From: Dehalococcoidia bacterium
Lineage (GTDB): Bacteria; Chloroflexota; Dehalococcoidia; UBA2979
Reading direction: 5' to 3'
Length of the DNA: 64,000 bases
Assembly: GCA_020845735.1 (NCBI GenBank)
Contig: JADLFF010000034.1
Coordinates: 10,884-74,883, forward strand
The notes under the pieces were generated by a model that had not been told where the DNA came from, ran no database searches, and saw nothing but the letters and a program-made list of their open reading frames with translations. Shown here piece by piece: positions 1 to 8,801 of the stretch. The position numbers were made by a program, and so were the translations under genes. The first letter of the stretch is position 1. Every line of letters begins with the position of its first letter.

Positions 1-1454
1 GCCGAGGCCGGGTCGTCCGCGATCGCCTGCGCGAGGGCGTTGAGCACCTGCCCGGCGTTCGCCGGCGCCGGCTGGAGCCACTCACTCGCAAACGGCACGA
101 GCTCGTTCCACTTCGGCGAAATCACGATGAGCTTCGCGCCCCGTCGCTTCACCGCGTCCTTGATTCGGAGCGCCACGATGTTGTGCGACTCCTCGAGGTC
201 GATGCCGGCCGCAACGATCGTGTGCGCGCCCTCGATCTGCGTGTGCTGCGCACCACGGCGCTCCACCCCGAGGGCGTCCCGCAGCCCCGCCTCGATGGCG
301 CGGTGCAGCGGCCCGTGGGAGAAGTCGAGGTGCGGCGTGCCGATCGCGCGCGCCAGCGCGGCGAGCGCGAACGCCTCCTCGTTGCTCGCCAGCGGCGACC
401 CGAGGACGGCGATGGCGCCGGCTCCGTGCTGGCTCTTGACCCCGTTCACCGCATCGATGGCGGCCTGCATCGCCTCGTCGAACGAGGCGGGCAGCAGGTT
501 CGCGCCGTGCCGCACCAGGTGGCGCGTGGCGCGCTCGCGGTCACTCACGGCGTCGTAGTGGAACCGGCCGCGCACGCAGATCTGCTCGCGCGAGAACGGG
601 TTGAGGCGGTCCGGCCGCACGATCACGGGGCGCTCATCGACGAGGCCGTACGAGGTGGTGCACCCCACGGCGCACGAGTTGCAGACGGTGCTCGTCCAGT
701 CGTCGGCGCGCGCAATCCACTTGTTCGGCTTCTCCATCAGCGTCGCCGTCGGACACACATCGAGGCAGGCGCCGCAGAAGTCACAGTCCGATTCGTGGAT
801 CGGGCCGCCCGTCCCGAAGGCGATGCGCGCCTCGAAGCCCTTCCCCGCGAGGGAGATCGCGGTCGTGTGGCGGAGGTCGGCGCACGCGCGCACGCATCGA
901 GTGCAGATGATGCACATCTGGGGGTCGAACTCGAGGAAGGGGTTCGCCCGGTCGGGCTCCGGCGGCGGCGACTCATAGTACGAGCGCGCCTCGCCCACCC
1001 ACGGCTCCTCGAACTCGCCCATGTCCATGAGCTCGTTCGCCGTCTGCAGCTCGCAGCGGTAGTTCTTCGAGCAGGTCAGGCAGCGGTGCGTCACCACGTC
1101 GTCGCGGAGGCAGATGTCGCCCGGCATGCAGTGCACGCGGCGGTGGCACGTCAGGCAGCGATCGGGGTGGTTGGCGTCGATCAGCGAGATCACGCTCTGC
1201 CGCGCCTGCTTGATCTGAGGCGTGTCGGTCGTGACGACCATGCCCTCGGCGACCTGCGCGATGCACGACAGCTGGATCGGCGTGGGACGCCCACCCTCGA
1301 TGTGGACCAGGCACGTGCGGCAGCCTGCGTACGGGTCCAGCCCGTCGATGTAGCAGAGGTTCGTGATCGCGATCCCCTGCTCCTTGATCACCTCGACGAG
1401 TCTGCGGCCGGCCTCGGCCTCAACCTCCACGCCGTTGATCGTGAGCTTCGCCAC
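1..1454 (-). CDS. nuoG: NuoG-like NADH-quinone oxidoreductase / molybdopterin-family Fe-S subunit (N-terminal ~484 aa; continues past window start)
   Basis: Own minus-strand translation from GTG 1454 (GGGGGA upstream): VAKLTINGVEVEAEAG..NLCYIDGLDPYAGCRTCLV (2Fe-2S), HPDRCLTCHRRVHC, CIICTRCVRACAD..CDFCGACLDVCP (4Fe-4S), CNSCAVGC, then a molybdopterin-oxidoreductase-like region. Absent from the ORF track because it has no stop in the window. Confidence 0.8.
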   Translation of the reverse strand, partial: MAKLTINGVEVEAEAGRRLVEVIKEQGIAITNLCYIDGLDPYAGCRTCLVHIEGGRPTPIQLSCIAQVAEGMVVTTDTPQIKQARQSVISLIDANHPDRCLTCHRRVHCMPGDICLRDDVVTHRCLTCSKNYRCELQTANELMDMGEFEEPWVGEARSYYESPPPEPDRANPFLEFDPQMCIICTRCVRACADLRHTTAISLAGKGFEARIAFGTGGPIHESDCDFCGACLDVCPTATLMEKPNKWIARADDWTSTVCNSCAVGCTTSYGLVDERPVIVRPDRLNPFSREQICVRGRFHYDAVSDRERATRHLVRHGANLLPASFDEAMQAAIDAVNGVKSQHGAGAIAVLGSPLASNEEAFALAALARAIGTPHLDFSHGPLHRAIEAGLRDALGVERRGAQHTQIEGAHTIVAAGIDLEESHNIVALRIKDAVKRRGAKLIVISPKWNELVPFASEWLQPAPANAGQVLNALAQAIADDPAS

Positions 1455-1503
1455 GGAGTCCCCCTCGAGGGCTGGTGCGTTCGTTACGAGCGGCTATGCG
1501 CTC

Positions 1504-2061
1504 CTATGCGCTGCGGTCCGCCTTGCCCGGCAGCCGTTGAGGGCCGAAGGGGCCATCCTTGCCCGCGACCGGCACGCGAGAGCGCGCCGTCGGCATGGTC
1601 GTGCGCAGCGGGTTCGCGTCCTGCAGCTGCCCGTTGGGGTACCGCCCGCCCGAGGTCCTGAGGTAGCTCTGCGCCTCCGCCGTCAGCCGATCCCGGTCGC
1701 GGTACATGTTCTCGAAGATGTACACGGCGTCGTCGTAGCGGCCGCCCGCCTGGATCGCCTGGTACGGGCACGCCTCGGTGCAGAGGCCGCAGTACATGCA
1801 GATCCGGAAGTCGATCTCGTAGCGGTCGATGTTGAGCGTGCCGTCCGGCCGCGGCGAGGTCTGCACGAGGATGCAGCCGTCCGGGCACGCCTGCGCGCAC
1901 GTCGAGCAGCCCGTGCAGCGCTCCTCGAACCACAGCAGGTTCGTGCGCGCGCGCACCGGGACGTTGCGTTCCACCTCGGGGTAGTTCACGGTGATCGGCG
2001 GGCGGACCAGGTGCTGCAGCGTGAGCAGCATGCCCTTCACGATCCCACTGCCGTAGGCCAC
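1504..2061 (-). CDS. nuoI: NADH-quinone oxidoreductase subunit I (2x[4Fe-4S])
   Basis: ORF 1504..2253 trimmed to GTG 2061 (GGGGAGCGG upstream). GIVKGMLLTLQHLVRPPITVNYPE plus CTGCSTCAQACP and CMYCGLCTEACP motifs. Confidence 0.85.
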   Translation of the reverse strand: MAYGSGIVKGMLLTLQHLVRPPITVNYPEVERNVPVRARTNLLWFEERCTGCSTCAQACPDGCILVQTSPRPDGTLNIDRYEIDFRICMYCGLCTEACPYQAIQAGGRYDDAVYIFENMYRDRDRLTAEAQSYLRTSGGRYPNGQLQDANPLRTTMPTARSRVPVAGKDGPFGPQRLPGKADRSA

Positions 2062-2266
2062 AGGCGTACCCGCTCCCCAGTCCCGGCGTCCCGATGACGA
2101 AAGTCGCGCGCAGCATATCGAGCGCGTCACGCAAGCGCACCAACCGGCGGAGACCCGCGCGTGAACGGTAGCACAGGCGTCCGAGCGGGACGTTTGGGTC
2201 GCTAGGTCACCACTCCGTTGCCCGAAGGTCCTTGTTTGGTCCGCTGGCACCACGAATACTTGAGGG

Positions 2267-2671
2267 GTGATCCCACACTCGAGTCAGTCGTCGCCGCTCC
2301 GGCGCATCGCGTATGTGCTCGCGCTGCTCGCCCTCCTGCAGCCGCTCGTCGCCATCGCGTACCCCGAGGTGAACGGCTGGCGTCCCGATCACGCCCACGT
2401 CCAGCTCGCGGGCGCGGTCCCGAGGCCGCACGCCCACCCCTTCGACCACGCCGCCCCCGAACACGCCTCCTCGAGTGACAGCGTCGCGTCGAGTGACGGC
2501 GCCGGGGAGGCCGTGGGATTCGTCGCACCGGACGCCGATGGCGGCGCGGCGGTACTCGCCGCCCCGGCCGTGCTCGTGGTGCCCGAGGCGTTGCCCGCCG
2601 AGGCCGCCACGCAGCGCGCAAGGCCGGTCGACGCGCTCGTCGGCACCGACCCGCCACCCCCTCGCGCCTGA
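2267..2671 (+). CDS. hypothetical His-rich membrane/secreted protein
   Basis: ORF with a hydrophobic N-terminus (IAYVLALLALLQPLVAIAY) and a His-rich stretch (DHAHVQLAGAVPRPHAHPFDH), directly upstream of the SCO1/PCuAC genes. Start codon and RBS are poor. Confidence 0.3.
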   Translation: MIPHSSQSSPLRRIAYVLALLALLQPLVAIAYPEVNGWRPDHAHVQLAGAVPRPHAHPFDHAAPEHASSSDSVASSDGAGEAVGFVAPDADGGAAVLAAPAVLVVPEALPAEAATQRARPVDALVGTDPPPPRA

Positions 2672-2710
2672 GCCACCGCCCACCACGGCGCGTTCTTTCG
2701 GAGGTGGCCT

Positions 2711-3337
2711 GTGCGGCCTCACTACTCGTACCTGCCGAACGGTCTCGGTCTCGCCCGCGTCGCTGTCCTCGGATGGGCGCTCGCGTTGCTGCTCGGCGCC
2801 TGCGCGCGGGCGCCCGAGTTCAACTCGAAGGTGATCGAAGCAACGCCGCTGGCGCCTGAGCTGCGCCTCGTCGAGGGCTCGAGCGGTGCTCCCTTCGACC
2901 TCCGCGAGGCCAGCCCCGAGGTGACCGTGGTCTACTTCGGCTACACCCACTGCCCAGACGTCTGCCCCCTCATGATGGGCAGTCTGACGGCGGCCATGCG
3001 CCAGCTCCCCGAGGGCGACCGCGACGACGTCCGCGTCGTGATGGTCACCATCGATCCCGAGCGCGACACACCCGAGATCATGGGCCGCTACGTCGCCCAG
3101 TTCGACCAGTCCTTCATCGGCCTCAGCGGTGAGCCCGCCGACGTTGGCAAAGCCATCGCCGACTGGCGCATCGAGGTCTTCCGAGGCGACAAGGACGCCT
3201 ACGGCTCCTACTTCATGAGTCACCCCGCGGGGGCCGCGGTCCTCGATGCGCGCCGGCGCATGCGCCTCGAAATCCCGAGCGATGCATCGCCCGCACAGAT
3301 CGCCGCCGACCTCCGCACCCTGCTCCAGGAAAGCTAG
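2711..3337 (+). CDS. SCO1/SenC family copper chaperone (thioredoxin fold)
   Basis: GGAGGTGG RBS before GTG 2711. N-terminal anchor LALLLGAC, CxxxC motif in FGYTHCPDVCP, and downstream conserved His (FMSHP). Confidence 0.85.
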   Translation: MRPHYSYLPNGLGLARVAVLGWALALLLGACARAPEFNSKVIEATPLAPELRLVEGSSGAPFDLREASPEVTVVYFGYTHCPDVCPLMMGSLTAAMRQLPEGDRDDVRVVMVTIDPERDTPEIMGRYVAQFDQSFIGLSGEPADVGKAIADWRIEVFRGDKDAYGSYFMSHPAGAAVLDARRRMRLEIPSDASPAQIAADLRTLLQES

Positions 3338-3350
3338 TCAGGAGATCTCC

Positions 3351-3974
3351 ATGTCCCCACTCAACCCCTCGAGGGTGGCCCGCGCCGCGACGCTCGCCGT
3401 CGTGGTGGGCACGTCGCTCCTCGCCGCCTGCTCCGGCGAGGACATGACGCCCGTCACCGCCACGCGCACGCCCGCCGCCGGGACCCCGAAGGCGGCAGCC
3501 ACCACTGCACCCACGACCGCAGCCACGGCCGCCGTGAAGGCGTCCGCCGCGGCTGCGGCCGGCGTCCGTGTGCGCGACGCGTGGGCACGCTCCACCGCCG
3601 GCAACCCCGATGAGAACTCGGCGGTCTATCTTGTCGTCGAGAACCCGGGTGGCGCCGACCGCCTCATCGGAGCCACGATCTCGCCCCCTATCTCGAGGAC
3701 GGTCGAGCTCCACGTCACCGAGATGAACAACGGCCAGATGGCGATGCGCCAGGTCGAGGGCTGGGACGTCCCCGGCAGCGGCGGCACACTCGAGCTCAAG
3801 CCGGCGGGCAACCACGTGATGCTGATCGCGCTGAACAGGCAGCTCAAGGTTGGCGACACCGTCAGCCTCACGCTCAAGTTCGAGAAGGCCGGCGAGATTA
3901 AGGTGGACGCGCCGGTCCGCGACGCCGCGGCCGCCGCTGGTGGCACGGGCGGCGGGATGGCGATGCCGAAGTAG
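3351..3974 (+). CDS. copper chaperone PCu(A)C (DUF461) lipoprotein
   Basis: GGAG RBS before ATG 3351, lipobox LLAAC, Ala/Thr linker, then AVYLVVENPGGADRLIG..VELHVTEMNNGQMAMRQV..LKPAGNHVMLIAL..GDTVSLTLKFEKAG. Confidence 0.8.
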   Translation: MSPLNPSRVARAATLAVVVGTSLLAACSGEDMTPVTATRTPAAGTPKAAATTAPTTAATAAVKASAAAAAGVRVRDAWARSTAGNPDENSAVYLVVENPGGADRLIGATISPPISRTVELHVTEMNNGQMAMRQVEGWDVPGSGGTLELKPAGNHVMLIALNRQLKVGDTVSLTLKFEKAGEIKVDAPVRDAAAAAGGTGGGMAMPK

Positions 3975-4053
3975 CCCGGACGTAGCCCGAACGCACGTCG
4001 TCTTGCGGACTCCTCGAGGGCGCACCCCGCGCCCTCGAGGGTCCGCGTACCGC

Positions 4054-4473
4054 CTACCGGCTCGCCCAGGGGCCCACGCCCCCGAATCGCTCCGGCGTGA
4101 TGTGGGTGACGAACCCCTCGGGAGGCTCGGGCATCGGCGGGAACTTCACGTCCGGCCCGAGGTACGAGTAGGCCAGCCGCTGGAGCAGGTCGGGCGCACC
4201 ACCCTCGACGACCTGCGCGCGACCGTGAATCACGAGGTACTCCGTGAGCCCGATCGCGTTCTGGCGGTCGGTCTCGATCGACAGCGCCACGCGCGCGTCG
4301 CGGCGGATGTTCTTGAGCTTCTGCTGGTCGTTCAGGTGCCCCGCCACGATCTCGTCCCCCTCGAGGCCGACCCAGACGCACGTCACCTGCGGGCTGCCGT
4401 CCGCGTTCAGGGTCACGAGGTGCGCCAGGCGCGGCGCCTCGAGCACCTCGCGCGCCGACTCCGGAATCTCCAT
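4054..4473 (-). CDS. PPOX-class (pyridoxamine 5'-phosphate oxidase fold) F420-dependent oxidoreductase family protein
   Basis: 139 aa. LAHLVTLNADGSPQVTCVWVGLEGDEIV..HLNDQQKLKNIRRDARVALSI pattern. GAGAGGAG RBS. Confidence 0.7.
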   Translation of the reverse strand: MEIPESAREVLEAPRLAHLVTLNADGSPQVTCVWVGLEGDEIVAGHLNDQQKLKNIRRDARVALSIETDRQNAIGLTEYLVIHGRAQVVEGGAPDLLQRLAYSYLGPDVKFPPMPEPPEGFVTHITPERFGGVGPWASR

Positions 4474-4533
4474 TTGCAGCTCCTCTCGACGGCCGTAGGT
4501 CCCGCAGTCTAGGAGCAGGGCGTCCCGCCGAGG

Positions 4534-5295
4534 TCAGTCGAACGGGTAGGTGCGCCCGTCCTCGGCGAGCACGATGCCTGCCGGGAGCGCCTCCACAGCG
4601 GGCGCCGCGAGGTGGTCATAGTGCGTCACGAGGATGCGCGTGCGCGCGGGCAGCCGCTCGCGCAGTGCATACACCTCGGGCCAGTCGAGGTGCGTCGCCA
4701 CCGCTCCCTCCCGAGGTGCCCCCGCGCACTCGACGATCAGCACGTCCGCGTCCTCGGCGAGTGCGTCGACGGCGGGGCACATCCGCGTGTCGCCGGTGTA
4801 CGCCACCACCCGGCCATCGAGGTGCACGCGGTACCCATGCGCGGTCAGCCTCGGGTCGTGCGCCACCTCGATGTGCTCGACCTCGAGGTCGCCCCACGCA
4901 AACCTCGAGGGCGCGTCGTCCTCGATCCACACGATGCGCGGGTCCGCTCGCTCGGGCAGCCGGTCGCTCCGTCCGACGATCCCCCGCAACCGCGAGTGCG
5001 TCCCGGGTGGCCCGGCCACGGCGAGCGGGCGCTCCCCGCGCAGCCTCGAGGCCGCACCCTGCTCCAGCTCGAGGAGGAGCAGGTCCATGCCGAGGATGTG
5101 GTCCGCATGCAGGTGCGAGAGCAGCACCAGCTCGATCTGCGCGACGGCCTCGGCACCCCCGAGGCGATAGAGCGCCGCCAGCGTCTGCGGCGGCGCGTCC
5201 AGCAGCACCCGTCCATCGAGAACGAATCCGCTCCAGTCTCGGCCATGCGAGAAGGCAAACCCGGACCCCAGGCAATCGAGGCGGATCGGGCGCAC
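4534..5295 (-). CDS. MBL-fold metallo-hydrolase
   Basis: C-terminal part of ORF 4534..5736, trimmed to GTG 5295 (downstream of the mocA stop). HxHxDH motif LSHLHADHILG; later TGDT and VTHYDH. Confidence 0.7.
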   Translation of the reverse strand: MRPIRLDCLGSGFAFSHGRDWSGFVLDGRVLLDAPPQTLAALYRLGGAEAVAQIELVLLSHLHADHILGMDLLLLELEQGAASRLRGERPLAVAGPPGTHSRLRGIVGRSDRLPERADPRIVWIEDDAPSRFAWGDLEVEHIEVAHDPRLTAHGYRVHLDGRVVAYTGDTRMCPAVDALAEDADVLIVECAGAPREGAVATHLDWPEVYALRERLPARTRILVTHYDHLAAPAVEALPAGIVLAEDGRTYPFD

Positions 5296-5345
5296 TTGGC
5301 GTACGGGGTGTGTCGCTCCCACGCGGTGCCTCGCAGGCCTGTCCG

Positions 5346-5954
5346 CTAGCCGCGGACCTCCAGCAGGCGCCGCGCCTCCTCGAGGGTGTCGGGCGTGTCG
5401 AGGTCGATCCGCACCACGGGCTCGTCGTCCATCTCCACGAGCAGCGGCGGGTGCGCCTCGAGGATGCCCCGCAGCCCGAGGGCGGACTCGCTCGCCGTGG
5501 CCAGCTCGGGCAGCAGCGCCCCACGCAGGACAACGGGGTGCCCGGCCTTCCCTCGATACGAGGGCTGCACGATCTCGGCGCCCCCGCGCCGGAGGGCATC
5601 GAGGAGCCGGTCCACGATATCGGCGCGCGTCGGCTGGTCGACGTTCATCACGACGACTGCCTCGGGACGCGCCGCTCCGCCGCGGAGGAGCGACGCGGCG
5701 CCCTTCGCGAGAGACGTCGCGCGACCCTGCGGCCAACGCTGGTTAAAGACGCAGTGGCGCGCGCCCTCCCCGAGGGTGTGGCGCACCCGCTCGGCATCCG
5801 CGCCGAGCACCACCACGATGTCGTCCACCTGCGAGCGCATCAGCTCCGCGATCTCCCACTGGAGGAGCGTCGTGTCGCCCCAGCGAAGCAGTGGCTTGGG
5901 CTCACCCATCCGTCGGGATGCGCCGGCTGCGAGGAGGATCGCGGAAGTCGTCAT
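5346..5954 (-). CDS. mocA: molybdenum cofactor cytidylyltransferase / MobA-like NTP transferase
   Basis: MTTSAILLAAGASRRMGEPKPLL (LAAGxSxRMG nucleotide-binding motif); 202 aa; downstream of the XDH-family operon. Confidence 0.75.
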   Translation of the reverse strand: MTTSAILLAAGASRRMGEPKPLLRWGDTTLLQWEIAELMRSQVDDIVVVLGADAERVRHTLGEGARHCVFNQRWPQGRATSLAKGAASLLRGGAARPEAVVVMNVDQPTRADIVDRLLDALRRGGAEIVQPSYRGKAGHPVVLRGALLPELATASESALGLRGILEAHPPLLVEMDDEPVVRIDLDTPDTLEEARRLLEVRG

Positions 5955-5995
5955 GCCTCCATCCTACCCGCTGTCCTCGCCTCGTGCCTCGCCGC

Positions 5996-6330
5996 CATCC
6001 GTTCGTGGTGAGCCTGTCGAACCACCCCGCCGTCCCTCGGAAGCGCCGAATCGAGCCCCTCCCGAGGCCCCCCGCCGCCGTCATCCGTTCGTGGTGAGCC
6101 TGGCGAACCACCCGTCGTCCTCGGAAGCCCCGAATCGAGCCCCTCCCCAGGGCCGCCCTCCGCCGTCATCCGTTCGTGGTGAGCCTGGCGAACCACCCCG
6201 CCGTCCTCGGAAGCCCCCGAATCGAGCCCCTCCGAGGCACGCCCGCCGTCATCCGTTCGTGGTGAGCCTGGCGAACCACCCCGCCGTCCTCGGAAGCCCC
6301 GAATCGAGCCCCTCCCGAGGCCGCCACACG
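5996..6330 (+). repeat. tandem repeat, 4 units of 83-86 bp (family B, core CATCCGTTCGTGGTGAGCCTGGCGAACCAC)
   Basis: Units start at 5996, 6082, 6167 and 6250. The whole unit is conserved at about 90% by eye. Lies between the Moco-subunit stop (6386) and the mocA start (5954). Confidence 0.9.
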
Positions 6331-6385
6331 CAAGACAGGCGGAGGACGCCAGCCCCCCGCCTTCCGAGACGTGCACGCTCGCGCG

Positions 6386-8740
6386 TTAGCCGCCGGCGGC
6401 CTCGGAACCCCCGAGCTTGCCCATCGCCCGCAGGATGCGCTCCGGCGTCGCGGGCATCATCGGCACGCGCGCACCGATGGCGTCCGCGATCGCGTTCGCC
6501 AGCGCCGCGCCGCCCGCCGTGATCGAGGGCTCGCCCACGCCGCGCGCCCCGTAGGGCCCATCCTCCGAGGGCACCTCGACCAGCGTCGAGTCGATGTCGG
6601 GGACGTCCGCCGCCGTCGGCATGCGGTAGTCGAGGAGCCCGGCGTTCCGGAGGCGGCCGGAGTCATCGTAGATGTACTCCTCCCACAGCCCGATCCCCAT
6701 GCCCTGCACCGAGCCGCCCTCGAGCTGCCCCTCCACCGACATCGGGTTGATCGCAAACCCCACGTCCTGCACCGAGGCGTAGTTCTTCACCTCGACGAAG
6801 CCCGTCTCGGTGTCGACCTCCACCTCGGCGATCTGTGCGGTGAACCCCGGCGCCTGCACGCGCGCGGTCACGGTCCCCCGGCCCACGAGCGGCTTGTACA
6901 GCGCGCCGAAGCCGGTCGTGATCGCCGCGAGGCGCTCGTACGAGATGTTCTTCGTGGGCACGCCCTTGACGCGCACCTCGCCGCCGTCAACCTCGAGGTC
7001 GTCAGGGTTCGCCTCGAGGCGTTCCGCGGCCACCTCGTACATCTGCTGGCGGAGGTCGATCGCGGCGTCGCGGAGGGCCTTGCCCATCGTGAACAGCGTC
7101 TTCGAGCCCGCCGACATGCCCGCGAACGGCGCCGTCCGTGTGTCACCGGTCGTGATCGACACCTTCTCGAGCGGGAGGTTCATCTCCTCGGCCACGATCT
7201 GCGCGAACGAGGTGTTCGTCCCGCTGATGTCGAGGGCGCCCGTGACGCCGTTCACGGTGCCGTCGCTGTTGAGGAACAGCTCCGCCGCGGCAGGCTGGAG
7301 GCCGCCCAGCCACCCTCCGATCGCGAGGCCCACGCCTCGCTTCTTCGTGCTCGTCGAGGCGGCCCGCACCTCGTCGCGGTGCTGCCACAGCGGATGGCTC
7401 TGCGCCCGCTCCACGGTCTCCACGAGGCCGATCGCGGGGAACTCCTTGCCCGACGACATCGGGTCACCGGTGCGCACGGCATTCCTGAGGCGTACCTCGG
7501 CGGCATCGAGGCCCGCCTGGCGCGCCATCTCGTCGATGTTCTGCTCCACGGCCTGCATCACGTTGTGCACGCCTGGCGCGCGGATCGCGCCCGCCGAGAC
7601 GTGGTTCGTGAGCACCTCGTAGCCGTCCACCTTGAGGTGCGGCCAGCGGTAGAACGAGGACATGAGGAGAGCGCCGGTCGCCGCGGGCGCACCGGGGTAC
7701 GCCCCGGAGTCGTACGCCACGGACGCCTCGAGGGCCATGAGCGTGCCGTCGCGCTTCATCCCGGTCTTGATCTTCACCAGCGCGCCCGTCGCCGGCCGCC
7801 CGGCGAGGAGGTCGTCCTTCCTCGAGTAGACGAGCTTCACCGGCCGCTTCGCGATCACGGCCAGCGCACTCACCAGGGGGCTGCTCTGCGCCATCTTCCC
7901 GCCGAAGCCGCCGCCCAGCTCGGGGCCGATCACCCGGAGCTTGGTCTCGGGCCACTTGAGCGTCTTCATGATCGTGTCGCGCTCGTGGAACTGGCCCTGC
8001 GTCGTGGTCCACACCACGAGCTCGCCCGTGGCCGGCTGGAAGTCCGCGACGGTCGCCTGGGGCTCGATGTACCCCTGGTGCAGCGTCGCCGAGCGCCACG
8101 TGTGCTCGTACACGACCTCGGACTCGGCAAAGCCGGTCGCGATGTCCCCGCGCGAGAACGAGACGTGCGAGGAGATGTTCGTGGGCGCGCTCCCCGATTC
8201 CTCGGCGTGCACGTCGATCGTGACGTGCGCCGACTCCTCGGAGCGGTCGACCGCGCCGGCCGGGCGCCGCGCGAGGGGTGAGTCGGCCCGCATTGCCGCC
8301 TCGATGTCGAGCACGGCGGGCAGCGGCTCGTACTCCACGAGGAGCGCCGCGGCGCCTTCCTCGGCGGCTGCCAGCGACTCCCCGAGGACCACCGCGACGG
8401 GCTGCCCCGCGAACACCACCTCGGTGTGCGCGATCAGCGCGTCACCGCGGTTCGAGGGGTTCACCGCCGGGTTCGATCCGTCCCGGATCGCCTCACTGAG
8501 GTCGGCCGCGGTCACCACACGGCTCACCCCGGGCACCGCGAGGGCGCTCGCTCCCTCGATGCGCACGATCCGTGCGTGCGCGTGCGGGCTCAGCACCATC
8601 TTCGCGTGCAGCATCCGAGGCAGCTGCACGTCCGCGGTGTACACGGTCGTGCCGGTCACCTTGCCGGGGCCCTCGGTCCGCTTCGCGCGCGTCCCGATCA
8701 CTCGATACTGCGGTCGCTCTGGTCGGTCCGCCGTGGTCAT
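6386..8740 (-). CDS. xanthine dehydrogenase/aldehyde oxidase family molybdopterin-binding large subunit
   Basis: 784 aa. YRVIGTRAKRTEGPGKVTGTTVYTAD..MLHAKMVLSPHAHARI, GGGFGGK, GAIRAPG. Neither CODH signature (VAYRCSFR or AYRGAGR) was seen. Confidence 0.9.
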   Translation of the reverse strand: MTTADRPERPQYRVIGTRAKRTEGPGKVTGTTVYTADVQLPRMLHAKMVLSPHAHARIVRIEGASALAVPGVSRVVTAADLSEAIRDGSNPAVNPSNRGDALIAHTEVVFAGQPVAVVLGESLAAAEEGAAALLVEYEPLPAVLDIEAAMRADSPLARRPAGAVDRSEESAHVTIDVHAEESGSAPTNISSHVSFSRGDIATGFAESEVVYEHTWRSATLHQGYIEPQATVADFQPATGELVVWTTTQGQFHERDTIMKTLKWPETKLRVIGPELGGGFGGKMAQSSPLVSALAVIAKRPVKLVYSRKDDLLAGRPATGALVKIKTGMKRDGTLMALEASVAYDSGAYPGAPAATGALLMSSFYRWPHLKVDGYEVLTNHVSAGAIRAPGVHNVMQAVEQNIDEMARQAGLDAAEVRLRNAVRTGDPMSSGKEFPAIGLVETVERAQSHPLWQHRDEVRAASTSTKKRGVGLAIGGWLGGLQPAAAELFLNSDGTVNGVTGALDISGTNTSFAQIVAEEMNLPLEKVSITTGDTRTAPFAGMSAGSKTLFTMGKALRDAAIDLRQQMYEVAAERLEANPDDLEVDGGEVRVKGVPTKNISYERLAAITTGFGALYKPLVGRGTVTARVQAPGFTAQIAEVEVDTETGFVEVKNYASVQDVGFAINPMSVEGQLEGGSVQGMGIGLWEEYIYDDSGRLRNAGLLDYRMPTAADVPDIDSTLVEVPSEDGPYGARGVGEPSITAGGAALANAIADAIGARVPMMPATPERILRAMGKLGGSEAAGG

Positions 8741-8801
8741 CTCTGCCTCCCGGTCTCACCGATGCCCGTTCGAACCCTGGTTGGTCCGCCGTCGCGCCTC
8801 G

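Noticed and set aside
183-1661. 492-aa plus-strand ORF, representative of similar long ORFs at 6371..8281 (+), 19217..20587 (-), 21232..22854 (-), 24570..26534 (-), 32365..33441 (+), 34609..36108 (+), 38212..39447 (+), 49977..51263 (+) and 51372..53099 (-).
   Set aside because: Each lies opposite or out of frame to a gene with strong family signatures (nuoG-like, XDH large subunit, MFS transporters, CoA-transferases, trp genes). All show the Arg/Ala/Gly/His low-complexity bias of non-coding frames in high-GC DNA.
5996-6330. Possible CRISPR array (regularly spaced conserved approximately 30-bp cores). The same idea was considered for 10311..10462.
   Set aside because: The entire 83-86 bp (or 38 bp) unit is conserved between copies, so there are no unique spacers. 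No cas genes are in the window.
5386-6522. ORFs running through the repeat arrays, producing peptides such as HPFVVSLANHP, RQAHHERM, LRQAQGERR and GSPGSPRTDEGG. Also 5951..6376, 22742..23035, 22876..23595, the N-terminus of 23097..24419, and 10173..10931.
   Set aside because: The repeated peptides are simply translations of the REP-like DNA modules in both orientations. The frames cross annotated gene boundaries and have no RBS or start support.
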